Shown: positions 11,985-24,499 of the stretch, in pieces | Layout: each line of letters opens with the position of its first letter | Position numbering within the stretch: the first letter of the stretch is position 1 | Assembly (NCBI RefSeq): GCF_963921235.1 | Contig: NC_086108.1 | Coordinates: 45,014,001 to 45,078,000, forward strand | DNA: 64,000 bases | Direction of reading: 5' to 3' | Origin: Mobula hypostoma | Taxonomy: Eukaryota | Made by a program: the position numbers and the translations under genes | The notes under the pieces: generated by a model | What the model was told of the DNA's origin: nothing | The model's input: only the letters and a program-made list of their open reading frames with translations | The model's database searches: none

Positions 11985-14015
11985 AAGAGAACACTTAAGA
12001 AGGATATCAAGAGGGCTAAAAGAGGACATGAGGTTGCTCTAGCAGACAAGGTGAAGGAGACTCCTAAGGGCTTCTACAGATATATTGTGAGTTAAAGGAT
12101 AGCAAAGGACAAAATTGGCCCTTTAGAAGATCAGAGTGGTAATCTGTGCTTGGAGCTAAAAGAGATGGGGGAGATCTTAAATATAATTTTTGCATCTCGA
12201 TTTATTCGGGAGAGGGACAATGCAGTCTATAGATGTGAGAAAATGCAGCCGTGATACAGAACCCTATACAGATTACAAAGGCTGAGGTGTTTTTTGCTGT
12301 CTTGAGGCAAATTCGGGCGGATAAATCCCCAGGGCTTGACAAAGCTAGTGCAGAAGCTTTAGAAGAGATATTTAAAATATCCTTAGCCATGGGTGAGGTA
12401 CCAGAGGACTGGAGGAGAGCTAATGTTGTTCTGTTGTTAAGAAAGGTTCTATGAAAAAGCCAGGTAATTATAGGCTGGTGAGCCTGAAATCAGTAGTAGA
12501 AAAGTTATTGGAAGGTATTCTGAGGGACTGGATATATATATTTGAATAGGCAGGGGTAGATAGACAACAACATGGCTTTGGGTGTGGTAAATTGTGTCTA
12601 TAATCTTATAGAGTTTTTTGAGAAGTTACCAGGAAACTAGATGAAGGCAAGGCAGTGGATGTTGTCAACATGGACTTCAGCAAGGCCTTTGACAAGGTAC
12701 CGCATGGGAGGCTAGTCAAGAAGTTGCTTAGCATTCGAGATGTGATAGTAAATTAGATTAGACATTGGCTTTGCGGAAGAAGCCAGAGAGCGGTTGTAGG
12801 TGGTTGCCTCTCTGATTGGAGACCGGTGACTAGTGGTGTGCCACGGGTATCGGTGCTGAGTCCATTGTTGTTTGTCATCTATATGAACAATCTAGATGAT
12901 AATATGATAACTCGGATCAGCAAATTTGCAGATGACACCAAGATTGGGGGTGTAGTGGATAGTGAGGATAACTATCAAAGCTTGCAGCAGGATCTAGACC
13001 AACTGGAAATATGGGTTGAAAAAATGGCAGATGGAACTTAGTGGAATGAGCTTCCAGCAGAAGTGGTTGAAACAGGTTCAATGTTGTTGTTTAAAGTTAA
13101 ATTGGACAGCTATATGGACAGGAAAGGAATGGAGGGTTATGGGCTGAGTGCAGGTCAGTGGGACTAGGTGAGAGTAAGAGATCAGCATGGACTAGAAGGG
13201 CCGAGATGGCCTGTTTCTGTGCTGTAATTGTTATATGGTTATAAGTGTGAGGTGTGCACTTTGGGAGGACCAACCAGGGTAGATCTTGCACAGTGAGCAG
13301 TAGGGCACTGAGGAATGCAGTAGAACAAAGGGATCTGGGAAGACAGATTCATAATCCCTTGAAACTGGATCACAATTAGATTGGGTCCTAAAGAAAGCTC
13401 TTGGAACATTGGCCTTTATAAATCAATGTATTGAGTACAGCAGTTGGGTGTGTTGGTGAGGCTTACTTTGGAGTATTGTGTGCAGTTTTCGTCACCTACC
13501 TACGGGAAAGGTGTAAATAAAATTGGAAAGAGTGCAGAGAAAATTTTTAAGAATGTTGCCAGGACTTGAAGACTTGAGTTATATAGAAGGGTTGACTAGA
13601 TTAAGACTTTTTCCCTAGAACGTAGAAGGTTGAGGGGAGCTTTGATACATGTATACAAAATTTTAAGGAGTATAGATAGGGTAAATGCAAACATGCTTTT
13701 TCAACTGAGGTTGGGTGAGACTGCAACTAGAGTTCATGGGTTAAGGTTGGAAGGTGAAATATTTAAGGGGAAGATGAGGGGAACTTCTTCACTCAGAGAA
13801 AGGTGAGAGTGTGGAACAAGCTGCTAGCACAAATGGTTAATGAGGAGATTAATCTCAATACTTAAGAGAAATTTGGATAGGTACATGGATGAAAGGGGTA
13901 TGGGGGGCTATGTTCCGGATGCAGGTCGATGGGACTAGACAGATTTATTGTTCAGCACAGACTAGATGAGTCAAAGGGCCTTTTCTGGGCTATCATGTTC
14001 TATGAGTCTATGACT
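11985..14015 (+). mobile_element. 5'-truncated CR1 ORF2 with frameshifts, hosting a nested CR1 tail
   Basis: DKSPG, EVPEDWRRANVV, MDFSKAFDKVPH, TSGVPRVSVLSPLLF, SKFADDTKIGG, LEYCVQF; tail ttctatgagtctatgactc. Confidence 0.92.
13041..13242 (+). mobile_element. Short CR1 3' end nested in the CR1 above
   Basis: gtggaatgagcttccag...gaagggccgagatggcctgtttctgtgctgtaattgttatatggttat interrupts the host between WQME and KCEV. Confidence 0.85.
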
Positions 14016-15547
14016 CCTGATTATTGGTCACAACCTTATTAAGGATATTTAGGTATTACTGTCAAAAGTGATGCTGTGTTCATGCTCACATCTGTAGTGG
14101 GACAATTTATTTGAGATCTGGCCGTGTTTATACATCACCACATTTAGGTTATATTACTGAATGTTAATAACTTGTGACAACACTATCCTGATTACAGCTG
14201 TGAATTGTCAAGGGATAGTGGGTTTTCTTGGCATTTTACATAGCGCTTGCTGAGCATTTGAAATTTAGGGGGAAGACTGTAAAAGTTGAAACAATTTCTT
14301 CAGAACCTTTTAAACTTCTAGTTGCAAATAACCATTATGTGAAATGGGATACTTCTCTATAATAACATCTTTACAGACCATATACCATTGCAAACTAAGT
14401 AATCAGATCAGTAGAGAGTTGCTGTTTTAAAAGCTGGACCAAAAACTGAAATGGTGGTATGAGTTTGAAAAGGAAAGCACAATTTTCCAGGTGAGGGCTT
14501 GACAAGAGGATGTAATTTGAAATGAAGCTGTCTTTTCCTCTGCTTGTGTCCTTTCATTAGCTGGTATCCTGTGATATTATTTGTGCTAAGATGAGAAATA
14601 TCTCTTTTAGGAAATGATGCATGCTTTTAGGAAGAACTAAGTGGAATATTCTGCTACTTATGTGCACCTACTTTTTCAATGACTTAACTTTTACCAAAAA
14701 TTAAAATTGATGGGATTAGGCAGAATAATAGTTCGGACGGACTAGATAAGCTAAAGCGCCTGTTTTTGTGTTGTAGTGCTTTATGTCTCTGTCACTCTGC
14801 TGTAAACCTACAGTGTCGTTAACTTGTGGTTCATAGTAAAAAATGCTGAAAAGCTGCTCTATTTTCTTCATGTTCTTATCTTTCAGGAAACTATTGGCAT
14901 ATCAACTGTCTGTTTAATTCCTAAGTGATTATATTTTTGTTTAATGCAACTTATAATTGTGCAAAGTGTGAGATATCAGTGAGATCACATTTTCTGAGGA
15001 GCATAGTAGGCTAACATGAAACTCATGCCTCCAGTGCCGAGTGGATTAAAGATGCAGATAAATGACAAAATAGTGAAAGGACAGGAGAATCCGTGTAATT
15101 TTATTCTTTTGCTGTGACGAATATTCAGGTTTCATCAAAAGGGTTCTGTCATTATAAACACTAAAAATACATATTTCACATCAATATGATTAAACTTGGT
15201 TGTAAACCTTGCATGTTTTAATGTCACAATCTGAATGCATGCAGAATTCATTGCAGTACCTCAATATGACTTTCTGTATAAGGTTAAGTGTGTTTAATGA
15301 TTATTGATTCCCTAATAATTCGGGAAATACGTAAACAAATTGATTACTACATTATGTTTACCATCCAACTCATTACACTATATTGGAAAGAAATACTATG
15401 TCCATAAGGGACAGAAATGAGGTCTTGTGTGTCTTTACTAATAGTGTTCGATCTGCTAAGTATTTCCTGATTTATCTTTGTAAGAAAAATGCTACGGAAA
15501 GGTATTTTCTTTTGATTTTTGATTGGCATATTTTGTAAATAAATAAA

Positions 15548-15641
15548 ATATATCTATATATAGATATATATATATGTACATGATTATAAATATATGTATG
15601 TGTATGTGTGTGTGTGTGTATATATATACACACACACACAC
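15548..15641. repeat. Compound (TA)n/(TG)n/(CA)n microsatellite
   Basis: Directly visible dinucleotide runs. Confidence 0.95.
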
Positions 15642-16406
15642 CCTTTTGTAACTTTGAGTCGTTACCAGAGCTTCATTTATCTTTGACTGATTTACAGTTC
15701 AGTTTCCTTCAACATATAAATAAGTTACTTTTGAGTCATTCGTACAAAAATTCAGAAGTTTTTTCAGAACAAAAAATTCTAATTGTGTCCATCTGCTTAG
15801 ATAGTGAATATTGGATCAATTATAGCTAATTTCAGTTTTATTCCCTTCTGAATTCTGTACATCTGCTTTCCAGTCTGTCAGTCAGAAGCTCAGAATATAC
15901 ATTGTCTCCCTAGCTCACATTCCCAAGAATACTTCTAGCAACATGCTGGCAAATCTAAGATACATTTATCAGGCTAATTCATATCATTGTTTGTGAGCTA
16001 TTGCAACTGATTTCACATACTTGCTTGTGTGTGATTAAGTGTTAGAAACTTGCAGAAGCTGAAGAAGATGCTGTGATGTGCACATTAAATTGCAACCAGA
16101 AAGAGCAGGACAGTAAATGTTCCACATTCATAGCAGGCAGCACCCTCCCCCACACAAAAATCCCATTGCTGAGAATCCATGTTTCTTTTTCAAATGGACG
16201 AGGTTACTTTGTATGTTTTATTGGAAGACAAAAGTACAATTCACAATCAACCCCCTAAGTGTAGCTCATTGCCAAATGCTATTGAAATAATAACTGGTAG
16301 CTTACATAGAATATGATCCTTACTTTCTAGGTGCTGGAGTGAATAGTTTGACCTGTAACAACACCAAGGGACTATATCCCAACTACTCACTTTGTTTAAG
16401 ACAATC

Positions 16407-16585
16407 TTTTTTTTTGTAATTTATTTTTTATTGAAGTTCATCATCAAACAAACATTTCCATAAGATGTATTTCAGATACTGTACATATATATCAGATAAT
16501 CAGCTTGTCACCAATCTCCACATAATATTTATCTGATGTATACACTCACAGAGAGGAGAGGAAAGAAAGAACCATCGAAAGAAGA
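16407..16585 (-). mobile_element. Possible 3' end of a poly(A)-tailed (L1/Tx1-like) retroelement
   Basis: Minus strand ends caataaaaaataaattacaaaaaaaaa (poly(A) signal then A tail); no coding remnant seen. Confidence 0.4.
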
Positions 16586-16959
16586 GTGATCATGTTTGAA
16601 ATGACAGCTTCTTTGTATGTCAAACATGTTAGCTGCAGTTAAGGAGATGGGTACAAGGAGATGCTTATTAGGTGATTTTCTACACCATTGATGATGATCA
16701 CACAACCATAGTATGATGGTATAGGATTTGTTGTCTGCAGAATTCCAACTCAAATGAAGACTTTAAGCCCTCTCATATATAAATAGCCATGAGTACTCTC
16801 ATTAAAGAGAGATTATAAAGTAACGACCCAATCTTCAAAGACTAGTTTACTTCCCTGTTTATTCTCCATGGTGGGTTTAGCTGCCAAAGTTCGTTATTCA
16901 AGCCTTGGGTCCCTTCTCACTACCAAGGAGAAGATACTTGCAGCAAAAACAGTTAATGA

Positions 16960-17260
16960 GAAAATCTGCAGATGCTGGAAATCCAAGCAGCACACCCAAG
17001 ATGCTGGAGGAACTTAGCAGGCCAGGCAGCATTTATGGAAAAGAGTAAACAGTTGATGTTTCGGGCCAAGTCCTGATACAGGACTTTTCCCATCCACCTG
17101 GCTTCACCTATCACCTTCTAGCTAGTCCTCCTTCCCCTTCCCTGAGCTTTTTATTCAGGCGTCTTTCCCCTTCCTTTCCAGCCCTGAAGAAGGGTCTTGG
17201 ACTGAAACGTCAACTGTTTATTCATTTGCATAGATGCTGCCTGACCTGCTGAGTTCCTCC
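16960..17260. mobile_element. Penelope-derived element with two pseudo-LTR pieces in inverted orientation and a degenerate hammerhead
   Basis: Arms at about 17006-17070 and 17197-17260 are reverse complements; CTGAAGA-AGGGTCTTGGACT-GAAACGTC at 17184-17211. Confidence 0.8.
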
Positions 17261-18802
17261 TTGGTTGTAAGTGCTGCCTACTCCTTCTGTCACTGAATTA
17301 TTGCATGTGCTGTGTGTGAGGTACTCCCTACATAAGTCAGTCATAAGCTGAATTGTCACTTTATGATTAGTTGTTTGTTTATCAGGGTATGCTTGGTATT
17401 CTGATTCTCCAGGTCATTAGGAGCACAAGCTTATTCAAAAGATCAATCTGATTTCTGTATACATTATGGAATCGGACACTTTAAATTTTAATATGAAATC
17501 AATGTAAATAAAATTTTATAAGAAAGGTTAACAGAAGCTAAATTTATTGGAAATTCTTTCTCATTCTACCTTGCTGTTCAGGCCTTGCTACACAGAACTT
17601 TCCTCACCCATTCCTCCTAAGTTCCAAATATGTAGCTGCACACTTTTCCTGTTTCCTGTATTTGAGTAGTGCTGTAAGCAAGAATTAGTGCACCTTTTCT
17701 CACTCTAAATTATTCTTACTAGATTTTAGACCATATTGCCTTTTGTGCCAATGGGTTCTGATATCCCTAGCTCCATTTCTGTTCAACTCAGCACAGAAGC
17801 TTTGATTATAAGACATGTTTTGGAATTAACTGTTAGGGATAATTATCAGAATTTATTGGGTTTAAACTCTAAAATTGTAAAACTTAAGTAACAGTTTTCC
17901 CTTTCACCTAGGTTTCTTGATTATAAAGTAAACTCATTGCTGCCAGAATTAGTATATTACTTACAGCAGTTTACAGAATGATCATTGTTTCATGTGAGTA
18001 CTCTGTCTCTCTTACTGCTCCATATTCCTGCCAATTTTTTTTTGCTGGAATGGACATGAATTTAAACATAAAAGCTGTGAAATGACTAGGGACCAGCATC
18101 ACATGATTGGAATATATAGACTTAAAAAGTTTGTGAGAATGTGAGGAGATGAAATTATTGGCTTCAGTGATGGCTCTGGGCCCAGGAGTCGAGACCATTC
18201 TCTTTGTCTTGTGTTTAGAGTGAATTTGAAAGGACATCACAGAGGTCGTTTGGTTGGTTCATCAGTTGAACACTATGAAAAGTCAGCTAAAAATGAGGAA
18301 ATCTTTACCATGATCCATGCTACTTCGCTCCTACTTTTTACGATAAACTTAACCGTTGAGCAAGACAAATGCTACATACCAGTCACAGCTCATGAGACCT
18401 CAGATCTGCTGGAAATTATTATTTGAATGGCAGAAAGTAAGTAATTTCTGCTGGTTTTTTTGTGCACTATGTAATCCAATTTAATTTAAAAAATGATATT
18501 AAATGATAATCAGGAGCTTACAGTGTGCTTTGTGAAGGAAACAATTGCTGCAATAACTCTGTGGTTGCAGCTTCCACATACTAACCTCAAGGCGATAGAC
18601 GATTTTCTGGAATTCCCTATGTTACTTGCTGCCTTTTTTAATACTTTTGTTTTGTCTTCCCTTTCAGTGTCACTTTCCCTATAATACCCTTCTTTATATT
18701 TGTTTTGATTTAGGATGCTTTCCAAGGATGGTACTAGAAAAATGCTTTATAACACCCCATGTGAGACAGGTAGTGCTGCATAAATGTGCTACAGCTCTCG
18801 AG

Positions 18803-19935
18803 AACATAAGAAATAAAAGCAGGAGCAGGAGTAGGTCATCCTGCCCGTCGAGCCTGCTGAACCATTTGATAAGAATACGGCTGATCAGGCAGTGGACTCA
18901 ACGCCACTTACCAGCCTTTTTTCCCCCATAACCCTCAATTCCCTTGCTGTGCAAAAATCTATCTAACTGTGTCTTAAATATATTTTATGAGGTAGCCTCT
19001 AAATCTCCCCTGGGCACATAGTCTCACAGATTCACTATTCTCTGGGAAAAGCAGTTTATTCTCATCTCCATCCTAAGTCTATTCCCCTCCAACTTGAGGC
19101 TACGCCCCCTAGTTCTGGGCTATCAGTGGAAACAACTTTCCTGCTTCTATCTCTCTCACAATTTTATATTCTTCTATAAGATCTCCTCTTATTCTTCTGA
19201 ATTCCAGCAAGTACAGTCCCAGGCAACTCAACCTCTCCTCATAGGTTAACTCCCTCTTCTCAAGAATCAACTTGGTGAATGTCCTCTGCACAACCCCCAA
19301 AGTCAATATATCTTTCCTCAGGTAAGGAGACCAGAAATGTGTACAGTACTCCAGGTGCAATCTCACCTGTACCATGTACAGTTTCAGCATAACCTCCCTG
19401 CTCTTAAATTCAATTCCTCTGGTTATGAAAACCAACATTCCATTTGCCTTCTTGATAATCTGTTGCACCAACAAGCCAACCTTCTGTGATTCATGCACAA
19501 GCACTCCTAAGTCCCTCTGCACAACAGCATGCTGCAATATTTTACCATTTAAATAATAATCTGATTTTCTATTTTTTTCTTCCAAAGTGGATGACCTCAC
19601 ACTTACCAATGTTGTACTCCATCTGCTGGATTCCTGCCCACTCATTTAATCTCTCTATATCTGTTTGTAGATTCTCTGCTTCCTCTGCGTAACTTGCATT
19701 TTCACTCAACTTAGTGTAATCAGCAAATTTGGGTACGCTGTAGGTCCCTTCATTAACGTACTTTGTGAGTAGTTGCGGGCCCAGCACCAGCTCCTGCAGC
19801 ACTCTGCTTACTCACTACTGACAGCCTAACAGAGAATCACCCATTTATCCCAATTCTCTGCCCCCTTTGGTTAACCGATCCTCAACCCCAACTTCATACA
19901 TCCTTATCTTTTATGTAGCATCTTATTAAACTCCT
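18803..19935 (-). mobile_element. CR1 3' half
   Basis: ORFs 19109-19645 and 19569-19802: VLGPQLL, KFADYTKL, QRDLGVLVHESQK, HLEYCTHFWSPYLRKD; 3' tail antisense at 18803-18835. Confidence 0.93.
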
Positions 19936-20079
19936 TCTTGAATGCCTCTTGAATCTAGTCTTCTGGATCTTCTGGCTGTCTCTTGTGCATGTAGCTATTG
20001 CAAGGAAATGATGTAAATCTTACCAAATTCAAATCATTCACCCCCACATTTCTGTTCAAATCCTATTTAAGTGCAACAG

Positions 20080-21087
20080 TGGCCGTTGTGATCTTTTCCA
20101 ATTTCTGAGCCTCCTTGAGTTGGAAGAGAAAGAAGGAATACAAGATGATCCCCAAGTTTACTATGCCCACCTGGGTGAGCTGCATAAAGATGTGTCAGAG
20201 AGATTTTAGGATCTTCTCTGGATCCAAATTACAGATTGGGTAATAAATCTATTCCTGTACACTCGTAATGAGGAATTCACAGGAAGGATGGTGGAAGAAC
20301 TGACCTTGCAACAAAATGACTTTGGACTGAAGCTGAAGTTCAAAAAATCATATGAAGACTTTTGTTTGTGGAAAGAAATCTCTGACTGCTATCCTGCACC
20401 GTGGAAAAAGGTTAAGGTGTTATCTATTGCCTTTCCAACATCATAATTAGTGGGGCATGGTTTCAGTGCAGTCACCCAACTTCTTTCAAAGCAGTGAAAC
20501 AGACTTTAAATCACTGAATGTGGGGATCTGAGATTCCTTCTGATTGACTTTTAATCTGATGTTGAGAAACTGATATCACTGCACCAATCCCCTATCCCTT
20601 TTCAATCCATTTGAAGGGGAAAAGCAATGAAATCGTGAATAGTTGGGCTACTAATTTATGCTCTAAAATTGTTCATGAAATAGCTTTAAATAGATTTAAT
20701 TTTTTTTTGCATTTATTTGTCACTGCTTTGAATTTGCAGTTCCTACTTTCTTTCACTGTGCATCATAATATCTCAAGTCCTGATTATGTGACCAGTGATG
20801 CCAAGCAGACAATCTGAAGAGTATTGATAATTGCTGGGGTCAACCATCTAGTAAAGACATTGCCCAGAAGAAGACAATGGGGAAACCACTTCTGCAGAAA
20901 CATTTGCCAAGAACAATCATGGTCAAGACCATGATCGCCCACATCATGTAACATGGCACATATGAATGTGCATCATAAATCAAACTTTAAAAAAATTTTT
21001 ATAATACGGCTGGAAAAGCAGAGGGGCACTGGGGGTCTGGTCTGCGAGCCAAGGGGGTGGTAAGCCAAAAAGATTTGTGAACCACTG
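20080..21087 (+). mobile_element. hAT (Charlie/Buster-like) DNA transposon remnant: transposase C-terminus and 3' TIR
   Basis: HLGELHKDVSERF, DWVINLF, IAFPTS..VGHGFSAVTQLLSKQ.NRL..TECGDLR; terminal aaaaagatttgtgaaccactg ending at 21087. Confidence 0.85.
20769..20966 (+). mobile_element. RTE-derived non-autonomous SINE-like element with 12-bp TSD
   Basis: TSD tgtgcatcataa at 20757-20768 and 20967-20978; RTE 5' UTR motif gaagaagacaatggggaaaccact; RTE-like 3' end catggcacatatgaa. Confidence 0.75.
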
Positions 21088-21374
21088 ATTTAAACTGTGG
21101 TAACTAGTAAGAAGAACAGTAATAAACTTCAGGAACATATAAACAGCCTGATTAAATGGGCATCTACTTGGCAGTGCATTTTAACAAAGAAATGTAGAGT
21201 ACTACATTTAATAGAAAGAGCGAGGGAAGCCAGTGTAAACCAAAAGTTATAATGTTAAAGATGCCTAAGAAACGGAGAAAACTCTGGATGTGCATAAAGG
21301 AGCATAAGTAGGTGACAGGATAAATGGAAGAAAAGGCATACAGGTTTTACGTACTGAGAAAGTAAAAGAGCAAG

Positions 21375-21453
21375 CCCGAAACGTAGACTGTACCTCTTCC
21401 TATAGGTGCTGCCTGGCCTGCTGCGTTCACCAGCAATTTTTATGTGTGTTGCT
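21375..21453 (+). mobile_element. 79-bp Penelope-derived mini insertion with 12-bp TSD
   Basis: TSD taaaagagcaag at 21363-21374 and 21454-21465; starts cccgaaacgtagactg (3' half of the hammerhead). Confidence 0.85.
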
Positions 21454-21614
21454 TAAAAGAGCAAGGTTCTAGTTCTGTGACTATTCCATGACAGTTATTG
21501 ATTAGGGTTTTCAAACCTGAATTCCGTTGGAAATGCTAAAATGAACATTGCCTAATATTTGATATCGTTTGCTGCTCATTAGGCATTCAGTGCTCAAGCT
21601 GGACTTATATAGGC

Positions 21615-21737
21615 GAAGGGTCTCGGCCTGAAACGTCGACTGTACCTCTTCCTAGAGATGCTGCCTGGCCTGCTGCGTTCACCAGCAACTTTGATGTGTG
21701 TTGCTTGAATTTGCAGCATCTGCAGAATTCCTGTTGA
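21615..21737 (+). mobile_element. 123-bp Penelope-derived mini insertion with 10-bp TSD
   Basis: TSD ttatataggc at 21605-21614 and 21738-21747; starts gaagggtctcggcctgaaacgtcgactg. Confidence 0.85.
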
Positions 21738-22454
21738 TTATATAGGCAGTGTTTCCTTCTAATGTGAAAGGATGCCATTCAGCCAGCTCAGGAATTCAGG
21801 AATGTGGAGGAGTTTTGATAGGAATATTCAAAATCATGAACAGCTTTGATAGTATACACAGGGGAAAATTATTTCTAGTGGTAGAAGGGTTGGTAACCAG
21901 CAAACACAGAATTAGAGTAATCAGGAAAGGAACCAGAGGTAACAGAAGGAGATGGGTTTTTTTTGAATACAGCTGGTTGTTATGTTCTGCAATGCCTGAA
22001 CAGATAGTGAAATCAGGTTTGTTTATACCTTTCTAAAGGCATAAGGACTTAAAATAGAAAAATTTACAGGGCTCGATAAAATAATAAGAATAGTCGGATT
22101 GTTCTTTTAAAGTGTGGGCATATTGGGTCAAATTAGCCCTTTTCTTTGCTAAATTGCCTTCTGATTCTCTGATTTAAATGTTTCCATCATCATTTTACAT
22201 AATTCTGAATGCCTACCGAGCACATCATGACTCTAGTTATCGTGCAATGCACACTTCGGCCCATCCTAACTTAAACTGGAGCTCTAGACTGCTACTGTAG
22301 TCATGTAGACAGGAAAACTAGGAACACAGTGTGATATTTTACTGTTTTATTTGCAATTTAAAGGAACATTTTACTGACATTGGAATTGTTTCAGAATTGA
22401 CTTCATACTAGTGTAACTATTCCCTAAGAACACAGAGCATGTGAAAATTTCCAG

Positions 22455-23900
22455 AGAATGTAGTCCCCTTGTTTAAAAAAAGGTAATAGGGAGAATCCTG
22501 GGAACTATAGACCACTGATTCTTATGTCGGTGGTCTGCAAACTATTGGAAAGGATTCTTAAGAATAGGATCTATGAGTACTTGGAGAAGTACAGTCTACT
22601 CAAGGATAGTCAACATGGCTTTGTGAAGGGAAGGTCATGCCTCACGAGCCTAATTGAGTTTTTTGAAGAGGTAACAAAAGAAATTGATGAGGGTAGGGCA
22701 GTAGATATGGTCTACATGGATTTTAGCAGGGCATTAGACAAGGTCCCCCACGAGAGACTCAGCCAGAAAGTCATGAGGCATAGGATTAGTGGAACCTTGG
22801 CTGTTTGGATAAAAAATTGGCTTAAAGGAAGTAAACAGAGAGTAGTAGTGGAAGGAAAGTATTCTGCCTGGAGGTCGGTTACTAGTGGAGTGCTGCAAGG
22901 ATCTGTCCTGGGACCCCTGCTCTTTGTGATTTTTATAAATGACCTGGATGAAGAGGCGGAAGGATGGGTGAGTAAGTTTGCAGATGACACGAAGATTGGA
23001 GGAGTTGTGGATGGAGCTGTAGGTTGTCGAAGGTTACAAGAGATTAGAGATGGGATGCAGAGTTGGGCAGTAAAGTGGCAAATGGAGTTCAATCTGGATA
23101 AGTGTGAGGTGATGCATTTTGGAAGGACAAACCAGAAGGCTGAGTATAGGGTTTCTGGTCAGTTACTAAGAGTGTGGATGAACAGAAGGACCTTGGGGTT
23201 CAAATCCATACATCCCTCAAGGTTGCTGCACAGGTTGATAGGATAGTTAAGAAGGCCAATGGGATGCTAGGCTTCATTAATAGGGGGATTGAGTTCAAGA
23301 GTAGAGAGGTCATGTTGCAACTCTACACATCTCTAGTGAGACCACACTTAAAGTATTGTGTTCAGTTCTGGTCATCTCATTATAGGAAGGATGTGGAAGC
23401 TATGGAGAGGGTGCAGAGGAGATTTACCAGGATGTTGCCTGGATTCGAAAACAAGTCTTATGAGGCAAGGTTAGCAGAGCTGGGGCTTTTCTCTTTGGAG
23501 AGTAGAAGGATGAGAGGGGACTTGATAGAGGTCTACAGGATTCTGAGAGGCATAGATAGGGTGGATAGCCAGTACCTGTTTCCTGGGCACGAATAGCAAA
23601 CACCAGAGGGCATATGTGCAAAGTTAAGGGAGGGAAGTTTAGGGGAGACATCAGGGGTAAGTTTTTTACACGGGGTTGTGGGTGCCTGGAATGACTTGCC
23701 AGGGATGGTGGTGGAGGCTAAAACATTAGGGGTATTTAAGATCCTCTTGGACAGGCACATGGATGAAAGAAAAATAGACGGTTACGGGGTAGTGTGGGTT
23801 TAGTACACTTTTTTTAAGGCACATATGGGTTGGCAGAACATCGAGGGCCGAAGGGCCTGTACTGTGCTGAGTATTCTAGTGTCTAGTGTTGTAGTGTCTA
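22455..23900 (+). mobile_element. 5'-truncated, well-preserved CR1 (RT domain plus 3' UTR)
   Basis: ORFs 22524-23246 and 23174-23596: QHGFVKGRSCLTSL, MDFSRALDKVPH, VLQGSVLGPLLF, SKFADDTKIGG, RPHLKYCVQFW; tail ctagtgtctagtgt. Confidence 0.96.
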
Positions 23901-24499
23901 ATGTTGTTACAGCATTTTGAAGCCTGGGAGTGCGTATGACAAAAAATTAATTTTAAAATATTAGTGAGCGTTTGTAGCTATTGTATCAGTCTATATTGGA
24001 TGTGTGCGTATTGAATCTTTCATTTGATTTGCAGAGAGGAACATGGCATTGAGTGATGAGTGTGTCAATAATAACACCATTGACAGTTCTGCTTTACAAG
24101 AGGTTTTGGAAGAGGCAATTCAGTGACCACAAAGGAGGAGGCACAGAAGCCTCCATCATAGAAGACATTATGTATGGACACTGAACCTCTTGGGGAGCTG
24201 TATTTTCACAAGCTCAAGTTACCTAAAATTGTGATTATGATATAAGTCTCTGTTCTAGACATCATTTAAGATCATAACTTGTAGGTGGTTTTATCTGTTA
24301 TATGTTGGATGGAAATAAATCTCTGAAAGCAATTTGAGAAGGATGCTCGTGGTCTATTTCAATTAATAAAGTCAAAGGCTTTAGCGAGGTCTAAGTAATG
24401 CCCCCTTCCACTCACCGAGCCTCAGGTTATTGTGCTATTTCTGACTCATCTGAGCTCCATTCTCACACTCCCTTTGAACTCACTTGGGACCGGGTTCCT

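Larger units (their letters stand above)
21100..22170 (+). mobile_element. Very degraded CR1 pieces (about 21100-21360 and 21780-22170) interrupted by Penelope mini elements
   Basis: tggcagtgcattttaac...aaatgtagagtactacattt (WQ.FN.KC.VLHF-like); LIGIFKIMNSFD..HRGKLF. Confidence 0.55.

Noticed and set aside
18715..18769. Possible small exon (ttgatttag ... acag|gtagtg)
   Set aside because: Weak donor, stop codon in the frame compatible with the upstream exon, and no recognisable peptide.
22712..23092. Antisense ORFs over LINEs (also 34578-34868, 41177-41563, 46787-47227 and similar)
   Set aside because: Shadow frames of reverse transcriptase coding sequence.
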